DNA from: Bacteroidales bacterium
GTDB taxonomy: Bacteria; Bacteroidota; Bacteroidia; Bacteroidales; F082
Assembly (NCBI GenBank): GCA_028704385.1
Contig: JAQVLA010000001.1
Span: 174,794 to 238,793 of the forward strand
Direction: 5' to 3'
DNA length: 64,000 nt
The notes below the pieces were generated by a model that was not told the origin of the DNA, searched no databases, and saw only the letters and a program-made list of their open reading frames with translations. A program made the position numbers and the translations under genes. Of this stretch, positions 49,301 through 55,785 are shown in pieces. Position 1 is the stretch's first letter. Each line of letters begins with the position of its first letter.

Positions 49301-52300
49301 GAGGCTGGACATGGTACTGGGCAGTTGATAATGTAGCCATCGTTGATCAGGTTACACGCAGTGGAATGCCCGTTTTGAGCAATACCACACCACCCGAACG
49401 CGAACTCTTTGGATATGAAGTATATCGCACTACCTGTGAAACTGGCGATCTGCAATTCCTTGGTCTTACTTTGGACACCTTGTTCAACGACAATACCTGG
49501 GGTGGATTGGAAGCCGGTGTTTATAAATGGGGTGTAGTTGCTGTTTATGATGAAGATAACTTATCAGAAATGGTATTCTCCAATTGTCTGGATAAAGACA
49601 TGATCACTCAGGTCAGTGTAACCGTTCAAACCAATAGTGGTGATCTGCCAGACGGAACAAACGTGATGTTTACCAATACTTCAGAACCCGATCTTGGTTT
49701 GGTTTATGATGTAATGCTGGATGAAACAGGATATTATATGTGGGAAGAATTCCGTAAAGGTATCTATGATATTTATGTTGCCAAAAACGGATTCGAACCG
49801 ATCGAAATTGCCGATTATCTGATTGATGGTCCTGAAGATTTCGTATGGACGCTTAATGAAGCCTTACTTCCTGTTTCTGATCTGTATGTTACACCAACAG
49901 GTTTTGCAACCTGGAGAGGTGGAAGCGTAATACCATTCGAACCATTTATGGACGACTTCTCTGAAGGAATTGATGCCTGGACAACTGAACCAGCCACTGG
50001 TAACTGGCAATTGAGCCAAACCAACCTGGCTGGCGGTGTTGCTCCTGAGGTACGTTTCTACTGGAGTCCAAATACTACAAACAGGTTCTACTTCAAGTCG
50101 CCTGTGATGAGCACGCTCACACAAACTGAACTGGAGCTGAGCTTTGATCACTTTGTAGATCATTATGCTACACCATTCACTATTTCTGTTGTAACCATCG
50201 CTGATGGTCAGGAGTATCTGGTGGAAGAATGGAATCCTACTGCTGATATTCCTGCCAATAATCATGTTGTAACACTTACTAATGCGCATGGAGTTGGTGC
50301 GGATGAATTCCAGATCGCATTTGTGTTTGATGGAGAAGCCTGGAATGTAAACTGGTGGAATATCGACAATGTAATGCTTTATACTCCCGGAACCCGTGAG
50401 CTTGAGTATTACAAGGTATGGCACGAAGGTTTATTCATTACCGATACTCCCGAGACTTACTATCAATACGATGTTGAAGGTCTTGGATTAGTTGAAGGTG
50501 AAGAATACCTGGCAGAAGTTGCAGCCATTTATTCCAATGGTATGTCGCCTAAGATGAGCTATCTTTGGACTTATTATGGTTGTGAAAACTTCCCCGGACC
50601 TGAAGAACTCACTGCTGAAGTGAACGGTCAGGATGTAACCCTCAACTGGGACGAAGTTGTTCCTCCACCACCAGGTGGTGATGGTATTGAAGAAGACTTC
50701 GAAAGTGGTTCATTATCCGAAGGCTGGACGGTTGAACAAACCAATACTGCCACTGGTGGGCCTACACCATCTTATTGGACTGTAAACAATTATATCAGTA
50801 CTGATTTCTCTCCATTTGGAACTTATCATGCTGGATTATGGTGGGATTATGGCCATCAGGATGAATGGTTGATTACCCCAGAATTCAATGTTCCGGCTGG
50901 TGCCGAGTTGAGTTTCTGGTCCGTTGTTTACCAGGGCAGTACTTACCTGGATCACTATTATGTGAAGATTTCAACCGATGGTGGTTCTACCTGGACTGTA
51001 CTTTGGGATGCTTCAACACTTAGTGGTGGATGGAATTACTACAACTTCCCATACGATATCGACCTTAACAGCTACGCAGGACAGGATGTAAAACTTGCTT
51101 TCCAGGCTGTTGATGGTGACAATCAAGGTCTCTGGTATATCTTCTTTGTAGATAACATTGTAGTATCTGGTGAAAGCAGATCTCTGGCCTTCGATACCGA
51201 AAGTCTGATCCGTCAGAGCAATTCTGCAAACCGTGATATGTATGCCCGTGATGGGAACAATACAGCTATCGCACGTCATCTTAATGCAGAAGCAGATGCT
51301 GATGCCGAAATCAGAACCGTTGAAATGGGCCGCGAAATGTGGGATCTGCTGTATGACTTTGATATGGATACTCCTTCTGGTTTAACTGGCCTGGCCGGTG
51401 CCGAATCTGATGGTGAGTTTATCTATGCAACTAAATGGGCAAATAATCAACTTGTTAAATTCGATCTCGATGGTAATCATATCGAAACCTTCACCATTCC
51501 TGGTGTTACAGGCTTGAGAGACCTTGCCTATGATGGAACCTACTTCTATGGAGGTAGCGGTGCTACTACAGTATATAAGATGGACTTCACTAATCATACC
51601 CTGGTATCCAGCTTCACTGCTCCAACAGCAGTAAGAGCTATTGCTTACGATGCTGATAATGATGCATTCTGGGCTAATAACTGGGCAACAGATATGATTC
51701 TTTTCACTGAAACAGGTACCGTTTTAAATACCTTGACAGGAATGCCAAGTATGTATGGTAACGCTTACGATAACTTTAGCGAAGGTGGCCCGTATTTGTG
51801 GTTCTTTACGGGTACAACAACAGGTGGTGGTTGCCAGGTTGAGCAATATAATATTGCAACCGGATCCCTGACTGGTGTTTCACACAGTGTTAGTGCTGAC
51901 CTGGGCGATTATATCGCTGGTGGCCTTTACATTGTTGAAGACCTTATCAATGATAAAGTAATCCTGGGTGGTACTGCACAAGGAACTCCAGACATTGCCT
52001 TTGGCTATGAAATTGTTGACAACTCCGGCGGTGGCGGCGGAGGCGGTGGAACTATTGATCCGGGCGTTCTGCTTGGTGCCAATATCTATCGCAATGGTGA
52101 GCTTATCGCTGAAATGGTTCCCGGAACCAGCTATGTTGACGAAGACGTAGAATATGGTATGTACACTTATTGCGTTACCTTCGTTTACGAAAGCGGTGCT
52201 GAGTCATGCTTCGGAACTTGTGTTGACGTGGAAGTTGCCTTCCCATGCGATCCTCCAAAGGACCTCACTGGTGTTTATGAGTGGACAATAGAAGAATTTG

Positions 52301-53424
52301 GAGCACTTATCGGATGGAATTCACCACAGGATGCAATAGCAGAGTGGCTGTATTATGATGATGGAACTAATGTTGACGGTATTGGTGGCCCTGCTTCCTT
52401 TACCTGGGCTATCAAGTTCGATCCTGATCAGTTGGCAGATTACGCTGGTGCTTCGCTCACCAAAATTGAAATCTACAACAGAACAGCTGCAACGGATGAG
52501 CTGCGTATTTACGAAGGAAATAATGCTGCTACATTGCTTCATTCACAGCCATTGAGTGGTTTGGGTATCGAAGTTTATGAAACAGTTGACCTGACAGAGG
52601 CAGTTCTTATTGATGTTACCAAACAGCTATGGATTGCCGTTTACACGACAGATGGAGTGAATTATCCTGCAGGTTGCGGACCTACTCAGAATGAGCCTAA
52701 CGGTGACCTGATCACGCTGGATGGCGTGCTTTGGGAACATCTGACTGACTATGCATTACCATATACCTGGAACCTCCGCGGTTATGTAACCAATGTTGCT
52801 GGTGCAACTGCTGCCTTGCCAATGGAAAAACCTGTTGACGACTACAGCAACAACACCGAACCATTGAAAATTACAGGAAAACCAAGTGCACAGTTTGCAG
52901 CTCCTGCCTCTGCAGTACAGGCTGATCGCGAATTGGATGTATTTAATATCTATCGTGAAACAGCTGATGTTGATGTTTACGAGCTCATTGCTACTGTTCC
53001 ATTTGAAGAAGGTGTTACGGCTTACAGTTACTTTGATACTGATGTTGAAGCTCAACAAGGGTACAATTATCAGGTCACTGCCGCCTATTCCTATACGAAC
53101 GGAACCTGCGAATCAGAGCCCGCTATGGCACTCGAAAATCCAGAGGATGACTTTGTATATGTATTCATTACCAATACAAGCGAATTCGGTTTGAACAATA
53201 CCCGCGTTTATCCTAACCCGGCTACTAACAATGTTATGATTGAATCTGCACAGATGAATCGCATCACTGTGATGAATGCCGTTGGTCAGCTGGTAATCGA
53301 TCTTGGTGTTGAAGGTAATAATACTTATCCTCTGAATACCAGTGCTTATGAATCTGGTGTATATTTGATTCGTATCGAAACCACCGAAGGTGTTGTAACA
53401 AAACGTCTGACAATCGTTAGATAA
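43321..53424 (+). CDS. Giant T9SS-secreted multidomain surface protein, paralog C (3367 aa)
   Basis: Signal peptide MKSNLTYARWLFSVLLIAFVWSGSAFAQ. It has two choice-of-anchor-J-like domains (about 43522-43980 and 50683-51175) on the shared Fn3/CarboxypepD_reg/MAM-like backbone. It also has two EWLxYDD modules and a beta-propeller-like insert (about 51330-52020). The C-terminal T9SS sorting domain is VYPNPATNNVMIESAQMNRITVMNAVGQLV...GVYLIRIETTEGVVTKRLTIVR. Confidence 0.85.
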   Translation: MKSNLTYARWLFSVLLIAFVWSGSAFAQSKVVKPDQDVLSAIESAAAVFDQGQLNPTRNFRSPVCPSGNLSEGFEDLTFPPSGWVRYNPLGANQWVRSTTYSNTGSASAYITYQSTGGEDWLVTPKVNVLVGDEISFWIRHAFSSDYPPDNLAVLVSTTDNSMASFTDVIATLAVGTDYTDVFQQKSYALDAYAGQSVYIAFKHTNTDGNGIYIDDVEGPELYSPYFASDPSLDFGVTYDLGSYSMDFEIANCSAGDLELTFNSASPEVGISGLPLTVATGDVGTITVNFDPSSAGLYTGDFMINTNDPDNPILEVEVLSAVQEAVVTASIYENFDSYAGFEIPDNWIGNFSTRTTGGVNNTGRFTRNLWSLNSTGQFGTNFVDIADDGTLSFQYRIVDYSGYPSTPTPAANVDFGVYMSTDFGNSFLPLWVFDPLTHVESLDYAAVEIDLSAYSGETAIFVVDAVWNSGDFYLDFDDFNVTFVEPGLQFLVDEILMGDRPIGAWMRPASLGMINNPGRGSYTFTAVDLDNNYNGFLSASSPELPFVLDEGETTDAFGIRTNNVEATPGAYNGLLALFYTPSDRAVAVIPYSGNAYVPLEGDVWETAFDANAVTFPDVVAMGSFVNNYLLPGEDEDGWDVVYKIDVNSGDVLLDITLTADDAKMAIYASGFEGVGGPDVANAIYEGTTGATGLELFEGVYYLVVSTTGADFTLDVVDNLMPAPDAVTYLAPADGATGIINGDELEWAFGAGVIEYQLILGTTYPPATVVVDWTTDLEESYTLTTLNPNMQYFWQVNVRNNNGTTGGEVWGFTTSITPPADLTATVNDPGETSATVSATLEWTSPLDRALIGYNIYRDAVMINTDPVVGESFTDLGLARNAAYSYYVTAVFDEGESDPSNIVNINTLGVGSVEGYVFEALNNDPIEGATVRLQGANGIYTYATDADGAYEGLVYAGLYSYTVSATDYDNQTLSGQTVIHGGTLMNDFYLTESPYPVADVVAFELDEDMVQITWGGSTPPPPPPLIAEWLSYDDNGIATQYWWAGAGAPFSWAISFDPADLAELDGSSLTKIAIFNTAVADVNTLNIYQGDLEAGTATLVHTQNLTGLTLEAWNEVDLTVPVPIDVAQQLWISLYSPSPTGGVAASTPIYNAKGDWVNFTGSWLHMSADLGYDVTWSLRAFATNAANRSVTQLVSKYQEPRYNTNASASLESFDVVGAKPFRPETIARGIADYTVWREKVYQPGILEEIGNTTQLDFVDFDWATIDWGVYRWAVTANYDGGQSSIPTFSNTLDKDMEVVVDVAVTLNSNESPGGTSVTFTNISEPDLELVFNTTLDNSGLFTWNDFRRGVYDIEVKLPGYAVVNEAGVEIFDDASFAWLLEEILATPSALYVTPTAFATWEGGSGDSPFVPLMESFDGLATDELPEGWTKSPETTNWGADNSNLAGGVAPEMEFYWSPSSTDEFYLMTPVMSTAGMSMLELSFRHYVSHYNSTTYTWSLRVVAIADGVEYLIQEWNPTASIPATQVFFDLTAAHGVGASEFQIAWVFDGQTFGINYWDIDDVMLNGPRAKAGRSFENYKVFLDGQLVDETTDSEYQYDVSTLVPYETYTAGVASVFSTGQSPTAEFDFIYVPCEDYDAPSAFAAAQVEGTLDILLEWTNVDAAALDTISALRIYRNGEEYAELDFTEGAVDMFLDEDLEFGMYTYCVTYIYDSGAETCQGVTCSEEIEIDGNAAVDGMVMQAAYLGGDPIQGASVLLVNVDDPDMTFEYFTDATGAYEGSVIAGTYDYFVSAMGYSTETLEDVVIVLNATVTNNFELMEFPFPPINVVATEISDDNVLITWHNPTYAPFEPILETFDNGIPSSWTIVDGGTSTDTWYMETPAGNPQSTGASLDGTPFAFVDSDEAGSGFTLDELLISPVINASTSEELYVIFDQYYNFLTSGEYAKVDVFDGTDWVTVLNQVADAGAWNNPDHRVIDVTAYANENFQVRFHFFDNGGWTWYWAVDNVAIVDQVTRSGMPVLSNTTPPERELFGYEVYRTTCETGDLQFLGLTLDTLFNDNTWGGLEAGVYKWGVVAVYDEDNLSEMVFSNCLDKDMITQVSVTVQTNSGDLPDGTNVMFTNTSEPDLGLVYDVMLDETGYYMWEEFRKGIYDIYVAKNGFEPIEIADYLIDGPEDFVWTLNEALLPVSDLYVTPTGFATWRGGSVIPFEPFMDDFSEGIDAWTTEPATGNWQLSQTNLAGGVAPEVRFYWSPNTTNRFYFKSPVMSTLTQTELELSFDHFVDHYATPFTISVVTIADGQEYLVEEWNPTADIPANNHVVTLTNAHGVGADEFQIAFVFDGEAWNVNWWNIDNVMLYTPGTRELEYYKVWHEGLFITDTPETYYQYDVEGLGLVEGEEYLAEVAAIYSNGMSPKMSYLWTYYGCENFPGPEELTAEVNGQDVTLNWDEVVPPPPGGDGIEEDFESGSLSEGWTVEQTNTATGGPTPSYWTVNNYISTDFSPFGTYHAGLWWDYGHQDEWLITPEFNVPAGAELSFWSVVYQGSTYLDHYYVKISTDGGSTWTVLWDASTLSGGWNYYNFPYDIDLNSYAGQDVKLAFQAVDGDNQGLWYIFFVDNIVVSGESRSLAFDTESLIRQSNSANRDMYARDGNNTAIARHLNAEADADAEIRTVEMGREMWDLLYDFDMDTPSGLTGLAGAESDGEFIYATKWANNQLVKFDLDGNHIETFTIPGVTGLRDLAYDGTYFYGGSGATTVYKMDFTNHTLVSSFTAPTAVRAIAYDADNDAFWANNWATDMILFTETGTVLNTLTGMPSMYGNAYDNFSEGGPYLWFFTGTTTGGGCQVEQYNIATGSLTGVSHSVSADLGDYIAGGLYIVEDLINDKVILGGTAQGTPDIAFGYEIVDNSGGGGGGGGTIDPGVLLGANIYRNGELIAEMVPGTSYVDEDVEYGMYTYCVTFVYESGAESCFGTCVDVEVAFPCDPPKDLTGVYEWTIEEFGALIGWNSPQDAIAEWLYYDDGTNVDGIGGPASFTWAIKFDPDQLADYAGASLTKIEIYNRTAATDELRIYEGNNAATLLHSQPLSGLGIEVYETVDLTEAVLIDVTKQLWIAVYTTDGVNYPAGCGPTQNEPNGDLITLDGVLWEHLTDYALPYTWNLRGYVTNVAGATAALPMEKPVDDYSNNTEPLKITGKPSAQFAAPASAVQADRELDVFNIYRETADVDVYELIATVPFEEGVTAYSYFDTDVEAQQGYNYQVTAAYSYTNGTCESEPAMALENPEDDFVYVFITNTSEFGLNNTRVYPNPATNNVMIESAQMNRITVMNAVGQLVIDLGVEGNNTYPLNTSAYESGVYLIRIETTEGVVTKRLTIVR

Positions 53425-53459
53425 ACCACATAGAAGTTATTAAAACTTCAAAATAAAAA

Positions 53460-53489
53460 GGGGAGTGCCGGAAGGTGCTCCCCTTTTTT
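53460..53489 (+). terminator. Intrinsic terminator after giant gene C
   Basis: GGGGAGTGCC-GGAA-GGTGCTCCCC followed by TTTTTT. An AT-rich hairpin GAAGTT-ATTAA-AACTTC (53433-53449) precedes it. Confidence 0.8.
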
Positions 53490-53732
53490 ATTGCTTAAAC
53501 CACAAAGGTTTTTAAAACTTTTGAGGTTTAAGTAATTAATTAAAAGTGTTTGTTATTGTCCTGTAAAAAAAGATAATGTAATTCCTAATGAAACTTGAAT
53601 GTTTTATTTCACACACATTTATTCTATCAGGACAGTAACAGTAGGGACGAAATGTGGGTAGTTTGTTACATTATTCAAGCAATTGAGCTGATTTGTGTGA
53701 ATAATACCGGATAGAATGGATAACTAATCCAG

Positions 53733-53912
53733 TCATTTAAATAAAGCATCTATTTTAACAAATGGAATAAAGTGTTTGGAAAGTTGAGCAAAATCAGGGT
53801 CGTTTAATTTCATGCCGGGCTTATCACAAAACAGGTGTTTATGTTCTTCTTCTTGTTTCCCGGCTTCATTCAAAAAAAATACTGTTGATGATTGAATAAT
53901 CATCCATTGCAT
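53733..53912 (-). CDS. Possible 59-aa ORF of unknown function (may be non-coding or a gene remnant)
   Basis: One codon below the ORF-track cutoff. It translates to MQWMIIQSSTVFFLNEAGKQEEEHKHLFCDKPGMKLNDPDFAQLSKHFIPFVKIDALFK. No motif was recognised. Confidence 0.2.
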   Translation of the reverse strand: MQWMIIQSSTVFFLNEAGKQEEEHKHLFCDKPGMKLNDPDFAQLSKHFIPFVKIDALFK

Positions 53913-54013
53913 AAATACAGAAGTAAAATTGGGGTCTTGTTTATGAACCGAATATTACCGTTTTAGATAAAAACATCTCCCAAAAGTACAGATCAACCAC
54001 GCGGGGTTTTTGG

Positions 54014-54457
54014 TTAGGATGATGTCAAATTAGGGTCGAAGGCTACCATCCAGTTCACGCCAAAACGATCTTCGCAATGGCCGAAATAATCGCCCCAAAA
54101 CATATCTGCCATTGGCATAATTATTTTCCCTCCATCCGAAAGAGCCTTAAAATACGTATCTGCTTTGGCTTTGCTATCTGTAGAAACCGAAATGGAGAAG
54201 TTATTTCCCTGTTTGAAAGCGGGAGCCCACTCGCCACCGGTATCACTACCCATGAGCATGGTTTCCTTGCTAATGGGCAAGGCAATGTGAAGAATTTTGT
54301 CGGCCATTTCTTCGGGCACGGCAGGCATATCTTCCTGAGACGGAACATCTTTGAATCTGCCGATATAGGAGAATTCGCCTCCAAAAACAGTTTTGTAAAA
54401 ATCAAAGGCTTCCTCGCAATTGCCTTCAAAATTCAGGTAAATGTTAACAGTTGTCAT
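54014..54457 (-). CDS. VOC (glyoxalase/bleomycin-resistance) superfamily protein, PhnB-like, 147 aa
   Basis: YLNFEGNCEEAFDFYKTVFGGEF ... ILHIALPI ... LMGSD ... FWGDYFGHCEDRFGVNWMV is typical of PhnB-like VOC proteins. Confidence 0.8.
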   Translation of the reverse strand: MTTVNIYLNFEGNCEEAFDFYKTVFGGEFSYIGRFKDVPSQEDMPAVPEEMADKILHIALPISKETMLMGSDTGGEWAPAFKQGNNFSISVSTDSKAKADTYFKALSDGGKIIMPMADMFWGDYFGHCEDRFGVNWMVAFDPNLTSS

Positions 54458-54483
54458 GGTATATGCTTTTAGCTTAAATAAAA

Positions 54484-54981
54484 TTAATGTATTGATTTTT
54501 GTTTTTTAGAGCGTACAAACAAGGCAACAATCGCCGAGGTGATTACACCCATAACCAAAGCGCCTATCACACTTTGTTTCATATAATTTTCCAGGCTAAA
54601 ATAGGCTTCCGCTTCTTCACGGCTGGAATGATAACCGGTTGCTACCGAATGCTCAATCACATTCGGGAAATATTCAGGCGTGATGATGGTGGAGGTGATC
54701 CACTGGGTGAGGGGCGAAAAAAGCGTTACCACAGCGGTGATGATCAGCCCCGATACCAAGCCTTGTACATAAGTCATCCTGCCCTGATAGTATTTTTGCT
54801 TTTTCTCGCACAGAGCCAGCACATAAACAAGAATCGCAGGTATGGCAAATAAATTTGTGAGGTACATATGCTTGTCGATATGGGTGCTGTGCAGTCCGCT
54901 TAATTTCTCAAGCCACATCCATAGCAGCGACATGATCACAAAAATCAGTGCCCATTTGATTTCAATTTTGATGGTTTTCAT
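54484..54981 (-). CDS. Small 4-5 TM membrane protein, DUF4199-like, 165 aa
   Basis: The hydrophobic helices, size and layout are typical of Bacteroidota DUF4199 proteins. The family assignment comes from overall resemblance only. Confidence 0.5.
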   Translation of the reverse strand: MKTIKIEIKWALIFVIMSLLWMWLEKLSGLHSTHIDKHMYLTNLFAIPAILVYVLALCEKKQKYYQGRMTYVQGLVSGLIITAVVTLFSPLTQWITSTIITPEYFPNVIEHSVATGYHSSREEAEAYFSLENYMKQSVIGALVMGVITSAIVALFVRSKKQKSIH

Positions 54982-55727
54982 TGGATTTGATAATTTAAGG
55001 TTTAAAAATAAAACAACAAATTACTGCTGATTGAGTAAATGCTTTTTAAGCTAAATCTCAAAGTCAAAAAAAACGCTTTGACATTGCGTTGAGTCAAAAG
55101 AAATCAACTTCCTCAATATCAAGAGACAATAGATATCGAAAGTAAAGCTGAGTATCTTTTGTCAACAAGCAATCAGTTGTTCAAATGTATTAATTCCAGA
55201 CAAATAACAAGTGGACTTTTAACTTTTAACCAGAAAATAACAAAAGACAAGTTTGTTTTGGTCGATTAAACTTGCATTTGAATTTTGCTTATTTCAAAAT
55301 CAAATGCCGATCAGCTATTCGCGCTCAAACATCTCTTCAAGATACAATTGGGTGTCTTCCAAATCAAACTCAGTGGGTTCCCATATTTGTCCTGCTTACA
55401 TACCCAGCCATTTCACATATTCCTCATAAAACCAGCATCCCGGTAATATCAAAAATACAATAGAATACCTTAGCATCACTAAATCGGGATACAGTTTGGT
55501 ACGATTGATAGATGGATATCCGACGGGTGAGCCGCTTAGTGGTGCAACACGACTTCAACAAGCGGCAGTGATCACCCTGCCCGATAACTGGATCGGTCGA
55601 ACAGTAGAGGTTTTCGTTTTTATGGTTTCGAGTATGGCACTCACGGATCTTAATAATCCGGCACATATCAGTGAAACTTTATATGGCGGAAGCATCCAAC
55701 TTAACGACTGAGATGCCAGTCAAAAAC

Positions 55728-55764
55728 AAAACCCCCAAAGTTTATAAGAAGCTTTGGGGGTTTT
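55728..55764. terminator. Strong bidirectional hairpin terminator downstream of the LruC-domain gene
   Basis: AAAACCCCCAAAG (55728-55740) pairs with CTTTGGGGGTTTT (55752-55764). A/T runs lie on both sides. It lies 22 nt beyond the stop at 55786. Confidence 0.8.
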
Positions 55765-55785
55765 AGTAAAAATTAGTGCGCTGTA

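Noticed and set aside
26323-53424. The periodic repetition in the region could be a CRISPR array or a non-coding tandem repeat array.
   Set aside because: The repeats are long (hundreds of nt), imperfect and in-frame, and they translate into recognisable protein modules. There is no short direct repeat with unique spacers, and no cas genes are present.
19709-53489. The sigma-to-giant-gene block could be a mobile genomic island.
   Set aside because: I found no integrase, transposase, tRNA attachment site, flanking direct repeats or conjugation genes. The accessory nature is inferred only from gene content, and mobility cannot be supported.
55496-55711. A 71-aa ORF has a segment, AVITLPDNWIGRTVEVFVF...YGG, that vaguely resembles the N-terminal sugar-binding domain of GH2 glycosidases, suggesting a pseudogene.
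   Set aside because: The resemblance rests on a few residues only. The ORF starts with TTG and has no upstream or downstream continuation in any frame that I could join. A homology search would be needed before calling it a pseudogene.
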